Part shown: piece after piece, positions 10,621 to 22,331 of the stretch
How positions within the stretch are numbered: position 1 is the stretch's first letter
Layout of the letters: the number at the start of each line of letters is the position of its first letter
Source: Hemiscyllium ocellatum
Taxonomy: Eukaryota
DNA: 64,000 nucleotides
Assembly (NCBI RefSeq): GCF_020745735.1
Contig: NC_083430.1
Location: 35,020,909-35,084,908 of the forward strand
Direction: 5' to 3'
Program-made: the position numbers and the translations under genes
Notes under the pieces: generated by a model
Seen by the model: only the letters and a program-made list of their open reading frames with translations
What the model was told of the DNA's origin: nothing
Databases searched by the model: none

Positions 10621-10962
10621 TCTCTATTCCTGAGATGCTGCCTGGCCTGCTGTGCTTTGACCAGCAACACATTTGCAGCTGTGATCTCCAGCATCTGCAG
10701 ACCTCATTTTTTACTCAGAGAACACAGGGGGCCAACACCTTCAACATATTGTCTAGCTATCACCATTGTTTACAGGTAACCTGAGAATGCAACTTTTTAA
10801 AAAAAATGTTTTGTGATTTACACATGAAAGAAGTGAAACTATCGCTGTATTCTAACAGATGAAAGGCTTAACAGACAATCAATTTTTCTATGTATAATTT
10901 CAGTTACATCACACTGTAAATTTTTGCTATAAATTCTGTGTTAGGATTGAGCCCTCCACAAT

Positions 10963-10994
10963 CACCTGATGAAGGAGCGTCGCTCAGAAAGCTA
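10963..10994 (+). ncRNA. Hammerhead motif (family B) truncated at its predicted cleavage site
   Basis: cac CTGATGA a ggagc gtc gctca GAAA gcta, then one A and the TSD; the 3' strand of stem I is missing. Confidence 0.65.
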
Positions 10995-11719
10995 AGGTAT
11001 TACAGTTTGTTGTACCATATGCTGTAGCTCGTTACTTGGTTGTGACATTCAAACAAATTCACAGATGATGTTGGTAGTTATAAACAGCAGCAGTTAAGGA
11101 AAGTATTATTTGTTTCTAGAGATCAGGTAGCGTGTAATTAGAAGCGACTACTGTTACTTCTGACCCACTTCAGTGAATCTTCCATCCGAAAATTCCCATT
11201 TTCCTCCTGATCTTGAATTTCACCAGCCCCACATCCTCTTTCCACTCTGCATCCTTGCTGCATTGACATTTTAACCCAACAGACCAAAGAACTGTCATGT
11301 ATGGCCCGGTCAGAATGATACATAGAGTGCCAATCCAATGTCTACAATTTTCATTGCTTCCTTTTGCAGTTTGTTTCAGCTGGAGATTTTGAGGAGCATT
11401 GGGCTCTCTATTACCTGCATCAGCTGCTCCACTGCTGCTGATTCATCTTTTGGGTCCGGTGCCAACATGTCTCTTTGCCAGGCTGGAGATGCTGGCCCAC
11501 AGGGTACTGAGAGGGTTGGGGTTGAAATCTGGATATCATGGTATTCCAATGGGATTGCTGTTCTTATTCTTCCCACCTTGGGCTCTCCATAAACTTGAGC
11601 ACATCTGCTGCTGTCTGTATCCTTACTCACACCATGTCCCATTCAACAATCATCACATGGACTCCTGGTCTGGCAACCTTTTAGTTTTAAATCTTATTAT
11701 TTTTGAGGCTCCTCCCATG

Positions 11720-12000
11720 TCTCATTGCTGTCATCTCAGACAGTTCTGCCGCCATCTGAGATCTTTACATTCCTCCCTCCTTGTCTCTTGTGCAACTAAA
11801 TAATTTTCACCTGTCTGCCATTGCTGTCTGGGGCCTAATGCTGTTTACATTGGTCTCCTCCTTAAAACCTATATCTCAGACCAAGTTTTTGGTAAAATTG
11901 CCAAGTAACTTCTGAAGTGGTTTGGTGTCAAAAACTCCTGTGAAGCTTCTTGGGATGTTGCATTAGACTAAAATGCAATGTTAATGTAAATTATTGCTGT
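11720..12000 (+). mobile_element. Degenerate L2-type LINE 3' end
   Basis: ctccttaaaacct...gaccaagtttttgg...ctcctgtgaagcttcttgggatg...aatgtaaattattg; similar ends at ~32500-32790 and ~58680-59010. Confidence 0.45.
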
Positions 12001-12669
12001 AAACATATCGCTAAGTGCTATTGAAGTCAGCTTTGTGGTTGCCACAAGTTGTAAATCATAACGTTTACAGCCACAGTGCATTTGCAATAATGGTTTCCAT
12101 TTCCACAAAAGGAAGTTCTACCCAATTCATCACTAGACAGTAGTTCCTGATAAGAGGAATGCTAAACACACCCTGAATGGATAATGCAACAGTACTGTGT
12201 GGTATGATTTTCACCTTTGGCATGAAACTGAAATGAATCCTAGCCTTTCACAACCACCTGAGGAAGATGAAGACAAGGGCCAATCTGGTCCTGAAATGTG
12301 AAAGGGCAAGCTTGGGTAGCATCAGCTTTAGTTTCTTTGAACATTGCTAAGCATAGGTCCAGAATATTAAGATATTTAGAACATTGAGCCAATGTTCTAA
12401 AAACTGAAACCCAATTAATTGGGTGAGGCTAGATGGTGACGTTTCAATCTACCTAAAATGAAGGAAACGTATAAAAAGAGTTCAAGAAGATTGGGTCACC
12501 CTGAGTATATGTGCAATTATTACTAGTAATGGTTATCTTTGTATCCTATGAGATTACTGGTTAATAGTCATCAATGTACCCTTGATTACTATGAAAATGA
12601 ATGAACGCTTTTAAACCTCATTGTCTATTTTTAAGTAATTTCTCAAGATAAGACTATCCATTCACTACT

Positions 12670-13020
12670 CTTAGTCCATGCAATGATAATCCAGTGCAGT
12701 ACTGAGGGACTGCTGCACTGCCAGATTTGCCATCATTCCGTTGGAGCATTAAGCCAAGGTAATTAAGATCCAACTATTTTTATTCAAAGAGGGGACTGAT
12801 CTGAAATGTCTCAGCCAATTTTTACTGGTTAGCACCGTTAAAATGAAATTATCTTGGAATTACCCCTCATTGGATATTGTTGTTTGGTTTATATTAATTT
12901 TAAACTTATTTCAAACTTCACAACAATGACAAAATTTCAAAATTTCTTCATTGGATATAAAATACTTCAGGGCACCTCAAATTTTATCAGGCAATATATA
13001 AACATAAGTCTTTCTTTGTT
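12670..13020 (+). mobile_element. Deu-domain SINE (SacSINE1/AmnSINE-like), degenerate
   Basis: gcagtactgagggactgctgcactg...agatcc...cttcattgg...tatataaacataagtctttcttt resembles the Deu domain and tail; a minus-strand fragment lies at ~42052-42140. Confidence 0.6.
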
Positions 13021-13700
13021 CCCCTTAAACTTGTCAAAGTGATAATAAAGAAATATTAACATATGTCTAATTCAGCTGGATGGTGTGGGGCTAGATTCAG
13101 TAATGGTCCTCAGTATTGATTCTGTTGCTCACCTCTGTCATTTAACAAGAATTCTTCAGGTATTGCAAGGGAACTTATTAAATGAAGTTTTACACAGAAA
13201 AGACATTCGATTGCAAGTGGAGTTTATTCTGGAACTGCTATGCCAGAATCCAACTTCCTGAATGTAATAAATATTATTGGCTCCATTTCCATACTCAAGG
13301 TCAACAGCGACTCTATGTGAGTGGTTTGGTTAGACTGGTAGTTTCAGAGGCAGAGGAGCTTGGGATTTCTGTCCCATTAAGGCACAGTCATCCAGTCATC
13401 CAATTCTGATGGATAAAATAGGTTTCCCATCGGATGCAGCAGTGAAGGCTGAGGAATATTTCTCTTTTTTGATCTCAAGTGAAGGAAATTGTGATCAGTA
13501 CGTCCCACAACAAACATTGCGTGCCCACAGAGACTCTGTGAATGATGTCTACACTAATCTTTGTTTATTTAAGCGTAGAGATAAAACAGTTAGCACTGAC
13601 AAAACCATTGAGCTAAATTATTTAGTGAAGTTTCACAGTGTTTAGGTTGAATGATGGTAGTTGAAACTGAAATTTTCTTGTAGTGTTTAAAGCTGTACTC

Positions 13701-14035
13701 AGTCTTCAAATTCCCAAACTTAGGGAAAAGACACTTGCCATTGACCTTATCTATACCCCTCAAGATTTTATAAACCCAGAAGAATGTATTAAAAAGGTCA
13801 TGAGAGGCAATGTTTTCACACAGTGGTTCATGGTTGGAATGAACTGCCAGAGGACATGGTTGATGCAGGTACAGTGACAACATTTAAAAGACATTTGAAT
13901 AGATACATGAATAGGAAAGATTAGGAGGGATATGGGCCAAATGCAGGCTCCTGAGGCTAGTTTAGTTGGGGAACATGGTCCGTGTGTACTAGTCGAACCA
14001 AAGACATTTTGTGCTGTATGACTTTTAACTCTTAA
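13701..14035 (+). mobile_element. Short CR1 insertion with inverted 5' segment (13701-13775)
   Basis: The minus strand encodes VYKILRGIDKVNGKCLFP and the plus strand continues with the next CR1 3' segment; possible TSD gtactc. Confidence 0.75.
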
Positions 14036-15924
14036 GTACTCTGCAACATACTAGGAAATGTCTTATTATAAATAAGTCGGATCAAAATTGTATACAACTT
14101 GTAAGCGAGTAAATGTAAGGATGAATATGTGAGTTTGTTTGAGAGTGTGATGTGAGTTTGGGATGGCACCAAATCTCTCCTAAGAGTAGGAAGGAAACCT
14201 TTTTGCTGGCTATGTAGTACACACCATTATATAATATTTCATTGCATATTATATTGCATATCCTTGCTTCTGTAGGTAGCATCCTCAATTATTTTGAGGG
14301 CTGCCAAATTATGACTTTTGCTACGACTGTACTACAAGGCAGAGCAAGGAGATAGGCTCCAAGTCTACTTCAATCCAGAAGAAGTTCAAATACTATCTTG
14401 ATGGTGGTGTTATTCATACAACAGCTACCTAACCAAAAGAGTTTTCTCTTATCTTTACATATAAAATTATATACCATATATTTTCAAATCACATTGTATC
14501 ATATGTTATTACATCATATTATATTAAGTCATATATCAAATCTCATTCATATTTGAGCACATTTCTTTCAATAAAAGGAACAATTGGAATAGCAAACACT
14601 TTTTTTTATCATTAGAGCACTGATATATCTTTCCCATCCCACCTTATTTGGATCTATGCAATACTTATAACTTTGCGCTGGGACTTTTTTATTTGCAAGG
14701 GATAAAATTCTAGCTTTCTTGCAGCAATTCCATATCCAAATGTCCAATCGTTGGTATAATCTCACCGTAAAATGATATTGCAACTAGGGGAGTGCATGAA
14801 CTTGCCTGAAAATTAAAGTCACGTGAGCTTTCCAACTGAATCATCTTAGCAACAAAACTGAGAGAAATAAAGATCAAAAATTATCCTTTGGTTTGCCAAG
14901 TCAAAGAGTGCGCACAAAATTCCCAGTCATTTAGATCCATCTCCTTATGAGGTTAGACACTTGCCACAATCTGGCCCTGAACAGAGACTAATTACTGATA
15001 AATTGAATCCGCTTGAAGAGTCTCGGAGAGGTCACGTGGGTGTTGTTACAGGAACATGAAAGGGCTACGCCAATAAGTTAAGAGAGCTGCAGAGCATTGG
15101 TTGAACAGATAACAGAGAGCTTTCCCTGGCATTGATCTCATGTTCCTTCAGATCTTGGCATGCTAACTGTTGACATTGGTGCCTGAAAAGACAGAAATTT
15201 ACAAAAATATTTTTCTTAGAATTTGTAATTGTTTTATAAATAGATTAGCCAGTGCTCCCATCCAACAGTAAATGCAACCACATTCCGTCAATAAACAACT
15301 GTGTGAGCACAAAAGTATCCGCAGCCTATCTGGGGGCAAATATTCCAACTTTCTACTCCCCCTTATGTGGAAAGCAGCCTTTGAATCCTCAAGACTTAGT
15401 TTTAATTTCAAAGTCATTGCTTCATGCTTGGAATTCACCATCAAAGGAAATATAGGTTCCCAAACCATTTTCACAATCCTCATTTGGATGATTTTAGTTT
15501 GTTAGCTCTGGAGGCAGTAATAGAGACTATTGAGCGAAGGCTTTCTGTAGGACAGTCCTGAGATCAGTACTGAGACTGCAATATACAGGCATAGAATTTA
15601 AATTTATGAAGTCATAAAGTTTACAGTATGATAAAAAAAATCACTACTTCTTAGGTCCAAGATCCCAACATGGTCTTCAAAACAGTTGTGAACAAAACCA
15701 TTGACCCCACACCCAGCAACTTCTAAGGCAATGAACTCTGAAGTTGTTCAAGCCATTGAGAAAACACTTCTCCTCATCTCTATCCTAAAAGAGGCAACCT
15801 TTAATTTTTAAACTAATGCCCTTAGTTCTGAACTCAGCTGCAAAAGGAAATATTCTTTCCATGCCCACCTTGTCAAGACCATTCAGGATCTTATATACTT
15901 CAATCAAGACATTCCTCACTCTTA

Positions 15925-16415
15925 AAGTCAGAGAGGTGTAAGGGATGGAAACAGATCCTTCAGTCCAACTTGCCCATGCTGACCAGATATCCTAAATTAA
16001 TCTAGTCCCATTTGGCCCATATCACTCTAATCTCTTTCTATTCATATATCGATCCAGATGACTTTTAAATATTGTCATTGTACCAACCTCACCACTTCCT
16101 CTGACAGTTCGTTCCATACAAGCACCACCCTCTGTGTGAAAACATTGGCCCATCAGAACCCTTTTAAATCTTTCCCTTCTCATCTTAAACTTATACCCTT
16201 TAGTATTGGATTCCCCTACCCTAGGCATAAGACATTGACTATTCACGCCCGTCATGACTTCATAAACATCTACAAGGTCACCCCTCAGGCTCCAATGCTC
16301 CGGGTAAAATAGCCCCAGACCATTCAACCTCTCCTGATAGCTCAAACCCTCTAATCCTGGCAACATCCTTGTAAACCTTTTCTGAACTCTTTCAAGTTTC
16401 ACAACATCTTTCCTC
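15925..16415 (-). mobile_element. CR1 LINE 3' fragment
   Basis: KLERVQKRFTRMLPGLEGLSYQERL...LRGDL. Confidence 0.9.
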
Positions 16416-16419
16416 TAAA

Positions 16420-17555
16420 CTCCAGTGGAAAGAAACTCAGTCAAATCTAAAGGTGAGAAATGCTTTGTGGTGATTAAAATTATGATTGCAGAAGGAGACC
16501 ATCAGGATGCTACATTTAGGTTTATGAGCTTCATTGAGCTGTACAAAGTTGCTAAAGATCCTGATGAACTAAGGAAGGCATCAAATCTAAGAAAAAAACA
16601 CAAATGTACAAAAATGAGTGGCAAATCAGATAATTGGACAGAATAAAAAGACCAGCAGAGAATAACTAAAATAAAGTGATCAAGTTTATGAGAGGAAGGC
16701 TGCTGGAAATGTGAAAATGAATAGTAAGAGTTTCCACAGATATTTAAAAGTTAAAAAAGGCAAAGAGAATGTTGGTCCTTGAGAGACTGAGAATAGGGAG
16801 TTAATAGGAGATAATAAAGAAATTTTGGTTGACAAGGACAAATATTTTGCTTCTGTCTTCACTATAGATGATAGAAAAAAATCCCAATAACAACTGTAAA
16901 TCATAAGATGGAAGGCAAGACCGGAACCTAGTTAAATCTAACTTACTAGGGAATTAGTACTGGGCAAATTGTTGGAGCCACAGGTTAACAATCCCCTGGG
17001 TCATAACGGACTTCATCTTAGTGTGACAGGTGAATGAAGCAGAAGATGAGTTGGTGTTAATTTATTTTTAATTCACTCAATTCCATGAGACTGGAAGTAA
17101 TAGATGCAACTTATGAATTCAAAAAGGGTAGGGAGGCAGGAAACAGAAAACTATCAACCAGTCCATTTGACGACTATCGTGAGGCACCTGCATGAGATCG
17201 GTATTACTCAGCAAAACTGGCCCAATGTTTCCTCTCATGACTGCATCCTGAACTTGGGGGAATTGTTTCAAAAACATGGATCATCTGTTTAGGACAAAGG
17301 TGAGGAAAGTTCTTTTTCATAATCTTAGTAAGTTGGGCATCTTTGGAACTTTCTGCCACATACAGTGATGGAGGCAATGCCATTGAATATGTTCAGGTGG
17401 AGATAGTAAGATTTCTGTTGGACAAGACAATCAAAGAATATCAGGGGTGGAATGGTATATGGATTCCTAACACAAACAGCCCTAATATTGAATGATGGAG
17501 TAGGCTTGAGAGGCCAAATAGGCTGTTTCTGATTATAATATAAAAGTTCATATGT
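16420..17555 (+). mobile_element. Old, heavily decayed CR1 LINE
   Basis: Remnants of NSKSF..Y, KYFASVFT, ENYQPVHLTTIV and a CR1-like 3' tail. Confidence 0.6.
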
Positions 17556-19051
17556 TTGTATGTGACCCAAAAATGCAGTGGGTAAACAAAACAGAGGGCC
17601 CATTGCAATGGAAAGAATAAAAATCTGCAATTCCATGTAGGAAGATCTAATCAACTCAGCCAAATCAAGTTCAAATCTTAATGACAACCACCCCAGTACT
17701 GAGCTACTCATGATATTGACAACAAATTCACCTTGTTATATGGGTAGAGTGGAGTACAATAACTTTATTTGTCATTTCTACCATTTACAACTGATACAAT
17801 AAAAACAAGACAGTGTTCCTCCAGGACCTAGGTGCTACATGAACACACAGACTACACGAAAGTACACAGGCAACATAAAGTGCATAGAGGAGTGCAAAAC
17901 ATGCAAAACAGCACAGTAATTCCTGACAAGACAAACAATAGGCACAGTGGTGGACAAATTACAATGTAACATTGAATGATCGTTAATAAAACATGCTGCC
18001 GTCAAGACAGGATTTCCAGTAACTCTCAGCAAGTACAATCAGTTGAACACTAGAGAAACAGCCAACAAAACCTGGCATATGTACCATTAGAACACATGGA
18101 TGCTTTAAAGATTATGCATGAATTGCAAAAACTGATGAAAGTGGGACAGACTGGAATGACAAACAGTTTTTGTTCATGAGTGATAACTTTCCACATTGAC
18201 AATGTACATTGGATAACTGGGAAACTATTAGTGCATGCTTTTTTTTCATATTTTCTTTATGAAAAGAGGGATATTTCAAGAAGTGCATTTATAAGGACAT
18301 TGTACACAATGACTTGTGACCTCTCCACATTAAAGTTTACACATGGAGCAAAGCATGAAACAGAATGAGATACTTTCTCAGAATAGAAGCAAAAAGCAAT
18401 TGCCAGCAAAAACATTTCACACAATTAAGAAAATGTTTGGAAGCACTTTTAAGGCTATCTACCAACACTTGTGTGATTTTTCATAATTCTATTCAAACCT
18501 TCACCCAGTGGAATAGATAGGCACATAATAAGTTTCAGGAATTGAGAAGGTGGTGAGCAGCTAATGACTTGCAGGCCTCATCGTAAGTACCATTGAGCCA
18601 AAGTATGTCTCACCCAAGCAGAACATGTTCATAATAACTTGAGTGGCCTTTAAATATCTTGTTTGTCACAGCTTGCCGTTGAAACATTTATAAAGACCAT
18701 GTGTTTGTTGAAAAGGTCATGACTTTTTCAAGCTCTAATGCTTATTTCAAAGGCCATGCAACTGAGGGTATTTGAAATGTTAAGTTGATACACAGTGCAA
18801 ATTTGTGAATCTTAGATAACGAAAAATATGCTTCACTAAATATTAATTAAATACCAAAGAAATTCAAATTCTTTGCAATGAAACGTATCATTACTCACCT
18901 GCAAGTCAGTTGTGTTTTAAATTAAAAAGGGACTCATGTAATAAGTTAACTGTAAAGTGTGTAATTTATTTATCAATTTCCAAGTTGTTAGTGCCAGGTA
19001 GCTAGCTGTGCTTCTTCTTTTCTGAAAATCTTGTGATAGACACCAATGCAG

Positions 19052-19235
19052 GCCCAGGGCAGGTACAGCACACGTCAGACACAGAGTAAAATTCCTTCCA
19101 CACTGTGCCAGCAAATATTCACAGAGTACAGCATAGGTCAGAACAAAGCTCCATATACAGTGTACTGTCACAAATATTCCTAAAGCAGTTGTAGATAGGG
19201 TAGAGACAGAGCGAAATTTCACCTCCACAATCCAC
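19052..19235. repeat. About three degenerate ~60-65 bp tandem units
   Basis: Recurring tacagcaca.gtcaga.acagag.aaa.t..c.tccaca.tgt...caaatattc pattern. Confidence 0.5.
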
Positions 19236-19342
19236 CAAGCACTGCAAGGACATGTACAGCATGTTTTGTCAAGCACTCCAAGAGCAGCTACAAAATGAAA
19301 AGGTACAGAGATATGTTAAGCATGTTAATGCAAAGAATCTGA

Positions 19343-20314
19343 CTCATTTACATAAATGATTTGGATGCGAGCATAAGAGGTACAGTTAGTAGGTTTGCAG
19401 ATGACACCAAAATTGGAGTAGTAGCGGGCAGCGAAGAAGGTTACCTCAGATTACAACAGGATCTGGACCAGATGGGCCAATGGGCTGAGAAGTGGCAAAA
19501 GGAGTTTAATTCAGATAAATGCAAGGTGCTGCATTTTGGGAAAGCAAATCTTAGCAGGACTTATACACTTAATGGTAAGTTCCTAGGGAGTGTTGCTGAA
19601 CAAAGAGACCTTGGAGTGCAGGTTCATAGCTGCTTGAAAATGGAGTCGCAGGTAGATAGGATAGTGAAGAAGGCATTTGGTATGCTTTCCTTTATTGTTC
19701 AGAGTATTGAGTACAGGAGTTTGGAGGTCATGTTACGGCTGTGCAGGACATTGGTTAGGCCACTGTTGGAATATTGCATGCAATTCTGGTCTCCTTCCTA
19801 TTGGAAAGATGTTGTGAAACTTGAAAGGGTTCAGAAAAGATTTACAAGGATGTTGCCAGGGTTGGAGGATTTGAGCTATAGGGAGAGGTAGAATAGGCTG
19901 GGGCTGTTTTCCCTGGAGCGTCGGAGGCTGAGAGGTGACCTTATACAGGTTTACGAAATTATGAGGGGCATGGATAGGATAAATAGACAATGTCTTTTCC
20001 CTGGGGTCGGGGAGTCCAGAATTAGAGGGCATAGGTTTAGGGTGAGAGGGGAAAGATATAAAAGAGACCTAAGGGGCAACTTTTTCACGCAGAGGGTGGT
20101 ATGTATATGGAATGAGCTGCCAGAGGATGTGGTGGAGGCTGGTACAATTGCAACATTTAAGAGGTATTTGGATGGGTATATGAATAGGAAGGGTTTGGAG
20201 GGATATAGGCCAGGTGCTGGCAGGTGGGACTAGATTGGGATGGGATATCTAGTCGGCATGGACAGGTTGGACTGAAGGGTCTGTTTCCAAGCTGTACATC
20301 TCTATGACTCTATG
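19343..20314 (+). mobile_element. 5'-truncated CR1 LINE (RT C-terminus)
   Basis: SRFADDTKI, LQQDLD, RPLLEYCMQFWSP, LERVQKRFTRM; (tctatgac)n tail. Confidence 0.95.
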
Positions 20315-22331
20315 TGAGACATTCTCACACTGAGTGGAAGGGCTGAACTAATGGCCTCCAGTAACCACAACAGATTTGCTAATGGACTTATCATTTGCAG
20401 ACAACAACTTAATCATTCACATCTTAAACACTCGAAAGAAAGGAGTCGCAGAACAGTATACATAAAAGAAACGAAACTAAAGGAAAGTTGGCCTTTATTG
20501 ATCACATCATTAGCTGTCAGTATCATCACTTCATAAGCTGCTTCCTGATCTTCATCTGCATTATCTTTAACATCATCTGCATGTTTACAATCCTTGTACT
20601 GCCACATCATGGTTTGAGTTATCAGTTATATATTCATAAAGTGGATACCATCTCCCTATTCGATCCTTAAATGTTATTTTTATAAAAGATCTGACTTAAT
20701 GCAAATTCCAGGCCATTAGAGTCTGTAATTCAACAACTACATAAAAACTCCAAAAACCAATGTTCTTGTAATCACCTTGGCATTATATCTGAAGGTTCCA
20801 CGTGTAGAGGATTTTGGCTTAAAACCTTTGATTCAGAATGCTTCCAATTTTCATCTGCAGAATGCAAAGGATCACTAAACAAAAATAAAAATAATCGGCT
20901 TGGTGACAAAATAAACAATAAACTTTAACATATACTGATGACCGTGCATGTCCTCAGAGGGTTAATCACTATTTCCATATCCAAGTACAAGTATCTTTCT
21001 CTTTTTTCTCTTCCCAAAGGATTAGATTGGAATGAAGACACTGTGAGCACTGGAAAGGACCTCAGCTGATGATTATCAACTTTGTATTCTGCAGCCCATA
21101 TGATGTCTCACACCAGGTCACCCATCATTCTTCTATGCAATGACATACATTATATCCTGATCCAGCATCATGCCTTAATTATATAATTCTTGTCCTTGTT
21201 TTCAAATCGTTTGATGATATTGCCCCTGCCCATCTCTGTAACCACCTCCCTTCCTACGTCTCACAGAGATTCCTCCAATTCTGATTAATTGTTCCTCCAT
21301 TTTGCATTTTTCCACATGGTGGCTGTGGGACCTAATTATTTGAGCTAAGGTTTCTGGCCCACATATCAATGTATGCATATACATGTATGCTATTTCACTG
21401 AAAATGACAATCCTTTATTAAAGTCAAAATCACACTAGTTGCTCAGAAATCCCTCAGGTTCAGATTTGTGTCAGATGGTAATGCATCTCTCAGCACATTT
21501 TTGGAGTAGGTGATCAAATTGCTTTATCAAGCCTCAGCAGCAAGCTGTTTTCAAAGTATTTCTTTATACATCTCTCTTGCAATGACTATGTGCAATGTAA
21601 CATAATACTTGCTTTTTGTCTATGTAATGCTTCTTAATTATATCACTGTCCTGTTCAAAGCTATTGCCAGATGTATTGTTCTGGCATCCTTTCCAAAATT
21701 ATTCTTAAGTTAACACAGAGGCTGCTTAGCTATCTAATATCCTTATCAATCTCCAGTGTTGGAGAGGAGAATTTTTATGGTCAGAGAAAGAATACAAGGC
21801 TCGAGGGGCTGAGTGGCCTATTCCTGTTGCTATGTTCCTGCATTCCTAATCAGACACTCAGCACTTTTGAACGAAGATCCCTCCTGGGTGACCATGATCA
21901 ATCCACACAGGTCTGCATGTCACAGGTCACATATAATGACAGGGCCAGCTATTGGGTTAATACTGGGGACAGCAGGTTGAAGACCTTATTTGGTCTGTAA
22001 GGACCTCAGTACATGATGGGCCAGGAAGGGTCTCCATGGGCCATTCGGTCATGGACTTAGTCTGGATGGAGGTGGGAAAATGGTGGGGGTCCTGCTTGTT
22101 CCACCATTGAGTAAGATAATGGCTGATCTGATTGTTAATCAAATCAATTATTGAATGACCAGGCTGTCATTTCTGCAGTGTCGATGGGAGTTGCACATCA
22201 GGAGCCTGTGGAGTCCCTGACATAATGGGCCCAGGAAATTGAAGATTCTGAAGGACAACTCCTCAGCACCTGGAACATTCTGAAAATATTCATTTAAATT
22301 GGATCACCCCTCTTGAGGTTTCCGCTATAGG

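Larger units (their letters stand above)
6948..10715. mobile_element. Young fold-back Penelope-like element, family A: inverted arm 6948-8185, main copy 8186-10715
   Basis: Exact 15 bp TSD cagagaacacagggg at 6933-6947 and 10716-10730. Arms 6948-8185 and 9440-10677 (1238 bp) are reverse complements, with three substitutions noticed by eye. Confidence 0.97.
5314..10995. mobile_element. Outer composite fold-back Penelope-like element, family B: tandem pLTRs on the minus strand and an inverted arm on the plus strand, interrupted by a family A PLE
   Basis: 9 bp TSD ggtattaca at 5305-5313 and 10996-11004. Tandem units start at 5350 and 5604, a third partial unit lies at ~6645-6850, the inversion point is ~6853, and the inverted arm is 6853-6947 plus 10731-10994. 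Confidence 0.9.

Noticed and set aside
18893-18955. Strong minus-strand donor CAG|GTGAGT at ~18899
   Set aside because: All three upstream frames contain stops; no support for a coding exon.
20413-20610. Acidic 65 aa minus-strand ORF
   Set aside because: No recognisable homology or convincing splice signals.
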